DNA from: Clostridia bacterium
Lineage (GTDB): Bacteria > Bacillota > Clostridia > Christensenellales > CAG-1252
Direction of reading: 5' to 3'
DNA: 64,000 nt
NCBI GenBank assembly: GCA_017394805.1
Contig: JAFPXC010000001.1
Span: 2,322-66,321, forward strand
The notes beneath the pieces were generated by a model. The model did no database searches and had not been told where the DNA came from. It saw nothing but the letters and a program-made list of their open reading frames with translations. Below, one piece after another: positions 31,637 through 41,004 of this stretch. Each line of letters starts with the position of its first letter. Position 1 is the stretch's first letter. Both the position numbers and the translations under genes were made by a program.

Positions 31637-34600
31637 TTACTTTTTGGTGCGATAGTAGCCCGTGACGGATTGGTCGAGCCATTTCACTTTGTCGGGGTAT
31701 ATCGTCTTGCCGGTCAGTCGTCCCCAACTGCTTCCGCCGTTCCACTCTTTGGGCATATCGACACGACCTGCGCCACGCTTGGCGACGGTCAACAAATTGT
31801 CTATGTACTGACACTTGTCAATAGGACTTAATCCATCGAACCCCGTTTCTAAGAATGATTTGACTCTGGCGGCAATGTTGGCATACAGCGGATAGTATCG
31901 ACGCATTTTTTCCACGATTTGTTCGACCAAACCGTGCGCGTCCCGCTCTATAACGTCTGCGGCATTGTTTTCTATCCAATGCTCGGCCACCGCTTGCCCT
32001 CTGCTCTTGTCTTTTTTCAAGTTCATCGCGTGCTCTATGGCGGCGATACACGCCATATAAGGGACATCCGTCACCAACTGCCTGGCGTTTTGCACCTCTT
32101 TCTCGCCTACGATATATACCAGATGTCCCTCGAGCGAAATCAGTTGGTATTTATACACGATACCACCCAGTACCTCGCCGCCCGAGTAGTTGTCTCGAAC
32201 GTATGTTTCCAACGTAGTGTCTCCATTCTTTATGGCGGTGGCCGCTTGAACAGGTATGCCCACCAACGTCGTTTCACTCTTTTTGCCTTTGTCTCGGCTC
32301 ACCTTGACGAAGTAGGCGCAATTCTCGTTGCTGTACCCGCCGTAAATGGCGGTATCGAGCGGTACGCGATTGCCGTCCTTGTCGGTTACGTAACGCAGGG
32401 GTATGCTTCCCTTGCCCGCGGGCATAATGGTTTGATTGTAAAAACCGCTATTTGCCCAAGGCTCCTTGATATACACCACGGCGATATCGTTATGGTCCAT
32501 CTGACGGCAAATATTGCCGAACGCTACGTCCTCGGGGATGATTTCACCGTCCCCGTTGGTCGGCTTGTAGGGATAATGTCCGTATCGCAGCAGTTGTAAA
32601 ATAGCGCCGTAGTAGTTGTTCTTTTGGGCAATCATGCGTGCGGCTTCCGTTTCTTCCTGCATATACTGTTTGGCACTGCGTACGCATTCGTTTTGCCCCC
32701 ACATGGGATACAAATCAGTGGTAAATGTGCCCAATACGCCGGCCAAATAGGCGTCCTTGGCATGGTGCAGGTCGTTTAAGGTGCGCAATTTGAAAAAACT
32801 GCCATATCGAATGGAATCTTCGTCCGTCATCATGTGGCGGAAGTTACTGCTCAATCCTGCGCGGATATTACGCACGAATTGTTCTTGCATTCGGTGCGCA
32901 GGGAATGCGCGATAGATAACCTCGGCGAAGCACTTGTTGATTTGGGTGGTTTCTACCAACTGACGATTGATAAAGCCCGATAGTGCCTGCTCGTCCCAAT
33001 GGTTGCGCTGTAGATTGTCCAATTTCTTTTGCGATATAAATCCTTTGCGTTGGAGAAATTGCCACCAACCGAGCATACGCTCGATGATTGCATCCGACAA
33101 GGCTTGGTCGCGCTTGCGCTGATTGCTGCTATGCAACACCAGTGCTTTGTTGTCGAGACTGTTATCCGTAATGTAACTGCGCGGGACGATGTGGTCTACC
33201 TCATAGTCGTTCAAGTGGTCGAGCGACAACGGCTCGCCCGTGTACATACAGCGCCCCATTTGAAGAAAATAGAGGAACACCTTTTCGTTATCGAAGTATT
33301 TTTGGGAGCCATCTTCTTTTTCCTTTGTCATTAATTCCTTTTTGCAGGATGGATAGCTTTCAGCGGCCCAGCCGTATTCCGCCACTTGTTGTTGTATGTT
33401 CTTGTACAACAGATCCAACATCTTTTGTCGACTGCTCTTTTTTTGCCCCTTGACATCGTCTTCCCGCGTGGTTTCCACAAAGATGTGTTGCGGCTCACAG
33501 CCCATTATCTGCACCACTTCACACACCACTTTGTAGGCTTGCCATACCGCTTTCTTGACCGCGGCGTCGGCATACAGCGGTTCTATCAACGCCTCGTACG
33601 TCAGGGCTTCGGCCGCTTCGTCGTTTCGTTGGAAGAGATCGACGAACCCGTATCGTTCGTCGTGAATGATTTGCTGCATGTTGTCGGGCGTTTCGTACAA
33701 TAAATCCAGCACGCAACGTGGGGGCATGGCTGCGCTTGTTACCTCACACAAAGTGTGGCGCGAATATTTACCCCACCCCGCATATTTTTTCTTGCACAGC
33801 GTATCAATGTACTTTCTTAGGTACGAACGGGATTGGAATAAGGTATTCAGCACGCGCTTGCGCGCGTCGCGATCGGTGAACACGGTCAGACACTCTATCA
33901 CTTTGTCGTAGAGAGGAACGTCGGCTTCGGCATAATCACTACCGAAAAGCGTTCGTAGGTCATACTCGGTTTTCATCCCGAAATCAAGCGCGTCATTGGC
34001 GTTTGGCGACGTAAATTTATAGTCGTTGATGTCGTTGCTCCACCGATAGTGGTTGTTGAGATATCCCAGAATCTCCTTTATTTTTATGTCCGCGCGTCCG
34101 CGAATCAAATGGTTGAAAACGTCTTGTTTTACTTCCACGGGGAATGGGTTGCCTTTATAGCGCAAGTTATTCAATCCGTTGAGGGTAATGTACCGCTGAT
34201 AGGTGATGGATTGCAAAGGTAGCACGTATTCTTCGGGGAAAAATTGGTCGTGGGACAGCATACGCGCAATAAAGTTGAGATTGGCGGCATCCAAGTTCAC
34301 CTTATCGGCGAAGTTCCAAGGATACACCCTTTCTTCGATTGTTTGGTCTATCCAACCCCCCTTCAACGTACCCACCGAATACGGACGGCGGAAAGAGAGA
34401 AGGGAGAGGATTTTGTCGCGGTTGGCGGCCAGTTCGGGATAATAAGGCGCTTGATTATCCAATATGTTCTTCAATTCGTTGAGTCCCAGTTGGTAGGGGA
34501 CCACGCCGTTGTCGGTGCTGTTGAGACGCGGCATAAAGGTTTCGCACTCGATCAGGCGCAGTACCTCTGCCTTCGCGTCGCTGTCGGGCAGTTGGGCCAG

Positions 34601-35782
34601 CACCGATTTGACGTATTTGTAAAAGTCTTCTCGGGTGCATCCGCCCGCTTTGCCGCTATCTTTCCTGCTATAGCGCGTGCGACGCGTAGACGTCCGCACG
34701 TACGAGGGATAGTTGTCCAACGCGGTGGAATTTTTGCGCGGGGAATAAAACACTTGCCGGTATAATACTTTATTGCCGCGCAACAAATCTTTTAACAACT
34801 TCAAATGCTTACGATGTTGCTCGTACTTCGCCATCATCGCCTGCGAAAAAGAAGTATTGCCTTCTCCCAGTATATCTACGAAGCAATACTCGGTGTAGGC
34901 GACATGGAGAGCGTCCAAAAAGTTGCCGATTTCGTCGCCGAAAAGGGTATGGCAAGCGGCCAGTTGTTCTTCGGCGGTGTCCGTGCCGAATTGCAATTTT
35001 ATCTCCACTTCGCCTTCCCATTTGAGCATTTGCCGCAATTCTTTTTCGGTTAGCAGGTATCCGCACAGCAGTTTTGCCATGCCTTTGGCAAAGTCGGTTG
35101 CGCTGCCGCATACGCCGACCATATCCTTTTGCCTATCCTTGCGGGGTTTCGACTTGTCTTTCATCTTGTCGTAGTAATCTTTGCCGTCGAAAGAATAATC
35201 CTCGGGCGTGAGGTCTGCCTCTATGGCAAGTTCTATCGCGTCTCGTAGCAGTTTTATTACGCCGTCACCGCTAACCGTGATGCTTTCCTCTTCGTGCAAA
35301 AAATTGCCGCGATATTTGATAATGTGGTGCATAGCAAGATAGACCAAACGTATATCCTTTCGTTCGGTCGTGCGGGTGAGCGCGTCACGCAAATGATAGA
35401 TGGTGGGATATTCCTTGTAGTATTGCTTGTCCGTGTAGGCGCCGTTGAATAAGTTGTAGCGATAGTTGCGCCCCGTTTTGGCGTCGACGCGATTGCCGGC
35501 CAAAAAAGACATATCCATGCGGTGAAAGAACTGGGGGTCGACGGCTTTTACCGATTCCGCAGTTAATTCGCGCAACAGTTCGATGCGCTCGCGCCGTCTT
35601 TCGTAGCGGCGACGGGCGCTTCGAGCCAGCCGTCGATCTTTTGCCGAATGCCCCTCATCGAAAAGCACTACGCCCCACAGGTGCTGATTGCCTCTCTTGA
35701 TGACGCGAAAATCCTGCCCGACCGCGGCCCAGCCGACGGAATTTGTGCCCAAATCCAAAGAAAGATTATAATATTTGTCCAT
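31637..35782 (-). CDS. cas9: Cas9 (type II-A), 1381 aa
   Basis: RuvC-I YNLSLDLGTNSVGWA; arginine bridge helix RRLARSARRRYERRRERI; HNH DYEVDHIVPRSYITDNSLDNKALVLHSSNQRK; RuvC-III LNDLHHAKDAYL. Start set at ATG 35782-35780 (MDKYYNLSLDLG) with a GGAGG RBS (rc of 35795-35799). The ORF-track start at 35827 would add 15 aa and run into the tracrRNA. Confidence 0.95.
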   Translation of the reverse strand: MDKYYNLSLDLGTNSVGWAAVGQDFRVIKRGNQHLWGVVLFDEGHSAKDRRLARSARRRYERRRERIELLRELTAESVKAVDPQFFHRMDMSFLAGNRVDAKTGRNYRYNLFNGAYTDKQYYKEYPTIYHLRDALTRTTERKDIRLVYLAMHHIIKYRGNFLHEEESITVSGDGVIKLLRDAIELAIEADLTPEDYSFDGKDYYDKMKDKSKPRKDRQKDMVGVCGSATDFAKGMAKLLCGYLLTEKELRQMLKWEGEVEIKLQFGTDTAEEQLAACHTLFGDEIGNFLDALHVAYTEYCFVDILGEGNTSFSQAMMAKYEQHRKHLKLLKDLLRGNKVLYRQVFYSPRKNSTALDNYPSYVRTSTRRTRYSRKDSGKAGGCTREDFYKYVKSVLAQLPDSDAKAEVLRLIECETFMPRLNSTDNGVVPYQLGLNELKNILDNQAPYYPELAANRDKILSLLSFRRPYSVGTLKGGWIDQTIEERVYPWNFADKVNLDAANLNFIARMLSHDQFFPEEYVLPLQSITYQRYITLNGLNNLRYKGNPFPVEVKQDVFNHLIRGRADIKIKEILGYLNNHYRWSNDINDYKFTSPNANDALDFGMKTEYDLRTLFGSDYAEADVPLYDKVIECLTVFTDRDARKRVLNTLFQSRSYLRKYIDTLCKKKYAGWGKYSRHTLCEVTSAAMPPRCVLDLLYETPDNMQQIIHDERYGFVDLFQRNDEAAEALTYEALIEPLYADAAVKKAVWQAYKVVCEVVQIMGCEPQHIFVETTREDDVKGQKKSSRQKMLDLLYKNIQQQVAEYGWAAESYPSCKKELMTKEKEDGSQKYFDNEKVFLYFLQMGRCMYTGEPLSLDHLNDYEVDHIVPRSYITDNSLDNKALVLHSSNQRKRDQALSDAIIERMLGWWQFLQRKGFISQKKLDNLQRNHWDEQALSGFINRQLVETTQINKCFAEVIYRAFPAHRMQEQFVRNIRAGLSSNFRHMMTDEDSIRYGSFFKLRTLNDLHHAKDAYLAGVLGTFTTDLYPMWGQNECVRSAKQYMQEETEAARMIAQKNNYYGAILQLLRYGHYPYKPTNGDGEIIPEDVAFGNICRQMDHNDIAVVYIKEPWANSGFYNQTIMPAGKGSIPLRYVTDKDGNRVPLDTAIYGGYSNENCAYFVKVSRDKGKKSETTLVGIPVQAATAIKNGDTTLETYVRDNYSGGEVLGGIVYKYQLISLEGHLVYIVGEKEVQNARQLVTDVPYMACIAAIEHAMNLKKDKSRGQAVAEHWIENNAADVIERDAHGLVEQIVEKMRRYYPLYANIAARVKSFLETGFDGLSPIDKCQYIDNLLTVAKRGAGRVDMPKEWNGGSSWGRLTGKTIYPDKVKWLDQSVTGYYRTKK

Positions 35783-35787
35783 ATCTA

Positions 35788-35816
35788 TTGACAACCTCCT
35801 CGTTTGATGGTAGAAT
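35788..35816 (+). promoter_or_regulatory. tracrRNA promoter
   Basis: TTGACA (35788-35793), exactly 17 nt, TAGAAT (35811-35816). The predicted start at ~35823-35825 coincides with the first base of the anti-repeat. Confidence 0.7.
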
Positions 35817-35822
35817 AAATTC

Positions 35823-35922
35823 AGCATTTTGAATCACATACGAAGTTAAAATAAATGCTAAACTCAATGCCTTTTTAGGTTCCGTTTTGACGGAGAAGTG
35901 CCACCTCGGTGGCATTTTTTTT
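35823..35922 (+). ncRNA. tracrRNA
   Basis: The anti-repeat CATTTTGAATCACATACG (35825-35842) is a perfect 18-nt complement of crRNA repeat positions 9-26. It is followed by AAGTTAAAATAA, the bulge plus lower stem seen in the S. pyogenes tracrRNA. Two downstream hairpins follow (tccgt-tttg-acgga; gccacc-tc-ggtggc), ending in a T8 run at 35915-35922. Confidence 0.85.
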
Positions 35923-36471
35923 AGATTGCACCTAAGTTCATCGTTATTTCTTCTCGTATGTAGTTTAATTTAATACTATATTACCTCTCCACTTCAGGAT
36001 ACACAATCTCTCGGGTACAGTCAACGCAAAGATGTCCGTTTATTCGGATAATACAGCGATTTTGGTTCGGAAAATAATAATCGTGATATCATAATAGGCC
36101 GAAACGATGCGCCCGCATCTATATTTTAGCAGGTTTTATTATAAAAACAAGCCAAAAATCAAAAAATTTTTGTTGCATTTTTTCATTTTCCGAAACCCAT
36201 TGAAAATTCGGTTAATATGGAGTTTGGATATTCATAATAATATGCTTCGTTTTATATCGACAGCGCCCGTTGGTGCGGTGTATAATATCCGTGTCTTAAA
36301 TGACTGGATACCGACTTCGGTATGCTCTTCGCCCCATAGAGACGATGTTAGCAGTCCCACTGTGTCATACTCGGGGCATATTTATTCTCGCCCCTTTAGG
36401 CGGCGGACTCTCTGCCCGTTCTTTCGTCCCCGTTGTTGGAAGCGGAATAGAGTTTTAACGACGCCAAACGC

Positions 36472-36518
36472 ATAAAAACAGGAAGAGAAATCAATCTCTT
36501 CCTGCTGTGCGTTTTTTT
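36472..36518. terminator. Bidirectional rho-independent terminator
   Basis: Perfect 10-bp stem caggaagaga (36479-36488) / tctcttcctg (36495-36504). On the minus strand TTTTT follows directly, downstream of the ABC-2 permease. A T7 run at 36512-36518 lies on the plus strand. Confidence 0.7.
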
Positions 36519-36568
36519 ATAGAGTGGACCCAACGGGGGTTCACTTTAGACGCTTGCACGTTTTGTCG

Positions 36569-37330
36569 TTATTGGGCTTTCATCTTGCGGCGGAAGGCGA
36601 GGATGGCGACCACCTGAACGACCACGGTGTAGGCAAGCACGATGAGGAAGGGCGCGAGGACGTCCGCAAAGGGGTCGGCGGTGCCGTTGACCACGTTTTG
36701 GAGCGCCATCGTGACGTTCTTGAAGGGTAGGACGCGCATAACGACGAGGATGCCTTTGGGCAAGCCCTCGATGGGAAACCACATACCCGACAGAATGGAT
36801 TGTCCCGTGATGACGATGGAGCACACGCCCCCGATGGCGCGTTCGTTGCACACCGAGCCGAAGAGAAGTCCCAGCGCGATATACAGCACCGAGGTGACCA
36901 CGCTCATCAAAACGCCCCATATCATGCCGACGCTCCAGAAGGTGGGGTCGATGATGCCGCCGACCACGAAGAACAGGACGGACTGTACGAGGCTGAACGG
37001 CAGCAAGGCGACGGTATAGCCCAAGATAAACTCGTACGATTTGGCGGGGCTGACGTAGAGGCGGGTGAGGAAAGAGGACGAGCGGTCCAACGCCAAAAGT
37101 ATCCCCGTGAAGAGGGTGAGAAAACTCTGCGCAAAGCCCACGATACCCGTGGCGAGATAGCGCATTTCGAACTGCGCCGTCATGTTGTGAAAAATATAGT
37201 AGAACAACACTTCCATCACCAAGGGAAGTCCCAACATAAAGACGAGGCCCAACGGCTCGCGCACGAGTTCTTTGAGGTTACGCGCAGCCAATACGAACAC
37301 GCGACGGCACGAATTACGCATATACGTCAC
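36569..37330 (-). CDS. ABC-2 type transporter permease
   Basis: 253 aa with about six hydrophobic segments; overlaps the upstream ATPase gene by 17 nt. Confidence 0.8.
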   Translation of the reverse strand: MTYMRNSCRRVFVLAARNLKELVREPLGLVFMLGLPLVMEVLFYYIFHNMTAQFEMRYLATGIVGFAQSFLTLFTGILLALDRSSSFLTRLYVSPAKSYEFILGYTVALLPFSLVQSVLFFVVGGIIDPTFWSVGMIWGVLMSVVTSVLYIALGLLFGSVCNERAIGGVCSIVITGQSILSGMWFPIEGLPKGILVVMRVLPFKNVTMALQNVVNGTADPFADVLAPFLIVLAYTVVVQVVAILAFRRKMKAQ

Positions 37331-38048
37331 CCCCTTCTACGATACGCACGAAGGCTTCTTCCACGTTGGACGCGTTCGTTTTGGCGTACAGTTCTTCTTT
37401 GGTTCCCACGAAGAAGAGCCGCCCGTCTTTCATGACGCCTATGCGGTCGGCGAGCGCCTCGGCTTCTTCCATATAGTGGGTGGTCAGTACGATGGTCACC
37501 TTGCCCTTGAGCGTTTCGATGACCTTCCACAATTCACGCCGCGCCAGCACGTCCAAACCCAACGTCGGCTCGTCCAAAAACAGCACCTTCGGATCGCTCA
37601 CCAACGCCAACGCGATGGACAACTTGCGTTGCCACCCGCCCGACAGTTTGGCGGCACGCTTGTCCTTGACCGAGTCCAATCCAAAGCGCTCGTAGATGGT
37701 ACGCAAAGTCTCGGCCACCTGCGCCTTGTCCTGTCCGTTGAGTCGGGCGTAAAAGCGGATATTCTCTTCCACGGTCAATTTGCGAGCGACAGCGGTCTCC
37801 TGCATGGATACGTCGATACGCTGCTTGACCGCCGACAGTTCTTTGGTGACGGAGTGTCCCATCACGTACGCTTCGCCCTCGGTGGGCGTAGACAGCCCCG
37901 TCAACATTTTGACGGTCGTGGTCTTGCCCGCGCCGTTGACGCCCATCAGCGCAAACAGTTCGCCTTCCTCTATCGTGAGGTCGAGCGAGTCCACCGCCAC
38001 CGTATCGCGGTATCGTTTGGACAATCCTATCGTCTCAATGGCCGCCAT
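37314..38048 (-). CDS. ABC transporter ATP-binding protein
   Basis: GVNGAGKTTT (Walker A), LSGGWQRKLSIALAL (signature), LFLDEPTLGLD (Walker B). Confidence 0.9.
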   Translation of the reverse strand: MAAIETIGLSKRYRDTVAVDSLDLTIEEGELFALMGVNGAGKTTTVKMLTGLSTPTEGEAYVMGHSVTKELSAVKQRIDVSMQETAVARKLTVEENIRFYARLNGQDKAQVAETLRTIYERFGLDSVKDKRAAKLSGGWQRKLSIALALVSDPKVLFLDEPTLGLDVLARRELWKVIETLKGKVTIVLTTHYMEEAEALADRIGVMKDGRLFFVGTKEELYAKTNASNVEEAFVRIVEGGDVYA

Positions 38049-38247
38049 CGTCTACGATACCTCCCATCAGTTTGTAAAACTCGTCGGCTTTGACGAGCGC
38101 AAGCCCGCGCGTGCGGTCGCCCATCACCATGAGGGTATCGCCCTCGTTGATGTCGAACATTCGCCTGGCCTCTTTGGGCACGGTGATCTGTCCTTTCGGC
38201 CCCACACGAACGCTGACGATAAACCTATCTTCTTGCACGTCTTTCAT
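38035..38247 (-). CDS. AbrB/SpoVT-family DNA-binding protein
   Basis: 70 aa. GQITVPKEARRMFDINEGDTLMVM matches the swapped-hairpin AbrB motif. Overlaps the ATPase start. Confidence 0.75.
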   Translation of the reverse strand: MKDVQEDRFIVSVRVGPKGQITVPKEARRMFDINEGDTLMVMGDRTRGLALVKADEFYKLMGGIVDDGGH

Positions 38248-38406
38248 AATTTCCTCTTATTTTTCTTAGTTTTCTTATATTATATCGCGTTCACAGCGAT
38301 TTGTCAAGACGTTGCGAGCCGATTGTCGGAATTTGCCGACCTCTCCATGAAACGCGGATAGAACGCCCATTCCGTAGGGCGACATACAATGGAATAAGGA
38401 GGGATT

Positions 38407-38847
38407 ATGCAAGAACAAGAACCTATCACGAATCAAACGCAACCCGAACCGCGATCCGCCGCGGGCGAAGTGCTCAACGTCAGCCAAATCACCTGCGCCA
38501 ACCCCTATTATCGCAAGGAAATATGGACGGGCGATTATATGCAGTTGACCGTTATGAGCATCCCCACGGGCGGCGAAGTGGGGCTGGAACGACACGAAAC
38601 CTTCGACCAAATGCTGCGCGTGGAGAGCGGCGTGGGCACGGTCTACATGGGCGCGACTAAGCAGGAAGTCAAATTCGTGGGCTACGCCAACGCGGACAGC
38701 CTCATCCTCGTGCCCGCTGGCACGTGGCACAATGTCCTCAACGACCAAAACCGTCCGCTGAAACTCTACTCGGTGTACGCGCCGCCCCATCATCCGGTGG
38801 GCACGTTGCAAAAGACGAAATTCGAGGCCGACCTCGCGGATTATTAG
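38407..38847 (+). CDS. Cupin-domain protein
   Basis: 146 aa. GGEVGLERHETFDQMLRVESGVG and LVPAGTWHNV resemble cupin motifs 1 and 2. Confidence 0.65.
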   Translation: MQEQEPITNQTQPEPRSAAGEVLNVSQITCANPYYRKEIWTGDYMQLTVMSIPTGGEVGLERHETFDQMLRVESGVGTVYMGATKQEVKFVGYANADSLILVPAGTWHNVLNDQNRPLKLYSVYAPPHHPVGTLQKTKFEADLADY

Positions 38848-38944
38848 CAAAACGAACGCAGACGAAAAAGGGCTATGCCGACCGAATGGTCGATATAGCC
38901 CCTATACGTCGTATGCTTTTTGCGACCAAAAGGCCGCCGATGCC

Positions 38945-40099
38945 TCAGTCTTTCGGCAAATCTTCCGCGAGCGCTTCGCCTTCCTCGTCCGTGGCCTCCG
39001 CCGCATCCTCCTGCACGACTTCTCCCGTCGTTTCGGGCGCGGCCGCTTGCGCTTCGACTGCGGCTTGCTTGCCGAACAAGGCCTTGACGTGGCAACCCTT
39101 GCACACGAATATCTCGCGCATGATCATCGCGCCCGCAAAGGCGATGGTACCGCCGAACAGCACGTCGCTCATAAAGTGCGCGCCCGCCACGATGCGGCTG
39201 ACGGCCACCAAACCGACGTAGGCGACGGTGCACAGCCACAACGTCAACTTAACGCCTTTCTTCGCGCACTTCTCGGACACGTACGGCAACCCCAACAAAG
39301 TATAAATCATACCGGCCGAGAACGTGTGTCCGCTGGGGAAGGACTTGCAGGTATCCGACGCCACGATGATGGCGGCCTTGGTCTCGGCGGTAGAGGCGAC
39401 GATGCCGTCCGCCGTCAGGACGCGCTTACCGTTGAGGACGTACCAGCGCGTATAGTAATCGAAGTCGCCGAGGTAGTTCATCGTGCGGAAACGCGCTCTA
39501 CCAACGGGCCCCTTGATGAAGTGCGGCACGAAGAAGAAGATCATCGTGCCCACGATGGCGATGGCCCACCAGATCATCTTGTCGTTGGTGCTCTTGGCGA
39601 TGCGCCCCCAGGCGACCAACAAGCAGACGGCGGGCATAGCGCCCACGACTACCGAAACCGCGGTGAGGTATCCCGCGCCGGCCAATTTGTGCGCGGCCAA
39701 AACCAAACTGCCGTCGGTGAGGTTGGCGCCGATATACTCGGCGGCATAGCCGAACAAGTCCTTGACAGTCAGCGTAAAGCCGGCCACGGCCGCCGCTATG
39801 CCGATCACGGACAAGATGCGCAACTTGCCGCTCTTACGCCAGAAAAACCAAAAGACGATAGCGCCCGCAATGGAACCCATCAAATAGATGGGGCAGCACC
39901 CGATCGTCTCGAAAAGCAGAGCGAATCCGTTGTGCGAAATGTATTCTCCCTCGCTCAAACTGTGCTTGGTGAGGATGCGGCTGATATCGAGGTCGTAGAA
40001 CGTGGCGACGACCGTCAACCCCGCGAAGACGACGGCGAAACACGCCAACGCGATGATCGTCTTGGCACGAAGCGAAAGTTCTTTGGACGTTTTGAGCAT
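38945..40099 (-). CDS. PAP2-family membrane phosphatase
   Basis: KSFPSGHTFSAG and SRIVAGAHFMSDVLFG (PAP2 motifs) with multiple TM segments. Start moved to ATG 40099 (GGGAGA RBS) from the ORF-track GTG at 40129. Confidence 0.8.
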   Translation of the reverse strand: MLKTSKELSLRAKTIIALACFAVVFAGLTVVATFYDLDISRILTKHSLSEGEYISHNGFALLFETIGCCPIYLMGSIAGAIVFWFFWRKSGKLRILSVIGIAAAVAGFTLTVKDLFGYAAEYIGANLTDGSLVLAAHKLAGAGYLTAVSVVVGAMPAVCLLVAWGRIAKSTNDKMIWWAIAIVGTMIFFFVPHFIKGPVGRARFRTMNYLGDFDYYTRWYVLNGKRVLTADGIVASTAETKAAIIVASDTCKSFPSGHTFSAGMIYTLLGLPYVSEKCAKKGVKLTLWLCTVAYVGLVAVSRIVAGAHFMSDVLFGGTIAFAGAMIMREIFVCKGCHVKALFGKQAAVEAQAAAPETTGEVVQEDAAEATDEEGEALAEDLPKD

Positions 40100-40280
40100 A
40101 TTCTTTCTCCCGTAAAAAAGATTATCCACACACGATGGATATTATAATTATACGCCACCCGCCCGCGTCTGTCAATAGCGCACTTTTCGCAAAAAACGAA
40201 AAAGCCGCCCATTCAGAGCTGTTCCATTAGGGATTTTACAAAAAACTAAAATTCAAAGGTAATCGCACTTTCAAGCGGTC

Positions 40281-40328
40281 AAAAAAAACAGGCATTCGGA
40301 ATGTTCCGAGTGCCTGTTTCTTTTTTTT
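40281..40328. terminator. Bidirectional rho-independent terminator
   Basis: acaggcattcgg (40288-40299) / ccgagtgcctgt (40306-40317) with one mismatch, flanked by A8 and T-rich runs. It lies just downstream of the minus-strand TetR gene. Confidence 0.7.
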
Positions 40329-40338
40329 GTCATTCGTA

Positions 40339-40854
40339 TCATTCTCCGGCTTTGTAATCGGTACGCCTTCTCAAAAATCCGGCGACGTATGCGGGGGGAT
40401 CGGTCATGCCTCGCCGGATCCATTCGTTTACAAGTCCGCAAATAATGCCCGAAACTCTCGCCGTCAGATAGGCTTGTTCTTTGTCGATCAGACTGCGACC
40501 GCCTTTCGCACAATCGAAAACGTGCTTTTCAAATGGATAGTACAAACCTTTTTGATAGACGAGCAATAGTTCTTCTTTCATGGTAAGCAAATGCTCGAAA
40601 ACGCTCGTTTCCACCTCTTTTTCACCGTAGAGGAACGTCTGCTCGTTTTCCTTCCACCAACTTTGCGTTTTATCCATGAAATAGGAATAGATCACATTCT
40701 CAAACGAATTGAAATTCCGATAAAACGAACTGCGGCTCACGCCCGCTTTCGTAACCAGATCCGTGACCGAAATCTCCGATAATTCTTTCTCTTTCAATAG
40801 GATAAACAGCGCTTGAATGATGGAATCGGTAATGATAACGTCTTTTCTTTTCAT
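40339..40854 (-). CDS. TetR/AcrR family transcriptional regulator (171 aa)
   Basis: ISVTDLVTKAGVSRSSFYRNFNSFENVIYSYF HTH motif. ATG 40854-40852 with an AGGAG RBS. The 453-aa ORF-track entry is an artefactual 5' extension. Confidence 0.85.
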   Translation of the reverse strand: MKRKDVIITDSIIQALFILLKEKELSEISVTDLVTKAGVSRSSFYRNFNSFENVIYSYFMDKTQSWWKENEQTFLYGEKEVETSVFEHLLTMKEELLLVYQKGLYYPFEKHVFDCAKGGRSLIDKEQAYLTARVSGIICGLVNEWIRRGMTDPPAYVAGFLRRRTDYKAGE

Positions 40855-40941
40855 AATGGCTCCTTTTTTGCGACAAATCGCCGATCTTGTTTCCTTATGG
40901 CTGTAATTTCGCCGATTTTCTTGATTTTGTTTTTGTCTTAT

Positions 40942-40955
40942 GATACAACTGTATC
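40942..40955. promoter_or_regulatory. Palindrome in the TetR/esterase divergent intergenic region (candidate operator)
   Basis: gataca-ac-tgtatc, 6+6 bp inverted repeat at 40942-40955, about 50 nt upstream of the esterase ATG. Confidence 0.35.
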
Positions 40956-41004
40956 GCAAAGCAAATTCAAATGCAACACTTTTTTGAAAAAAGGAGAAAT
41001 TTTT

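Noticed and set aside
31196-31637. Search for a hidden cas2 or the rest of cas1 in other frames between cas9 and csn2
   Set aside because: I translated all three minus-strand frames around 31190-31270. Only the Cas1 N-terminal frame and the csn2 frame are open, and there is no ~100-aa ORF. I therefore report this as a deletion rather than a missed gene.
36107-36475. 122-aa plus-strand ORF beside the tracrRNA
   Set aside because: It has no RBS and an AT-rich, low-complexity start, and a better promoter lies inside it. I treated the region as a possible ncRNA instead.
38275-38850. 191-aa minus-strand ORF and a 119-aa plus-strand ORF overlapping the cupin gene
   Set aside because: Only the 38407-38847 frame shows cupin motifs. 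The others are overlapping-frame artefacts.
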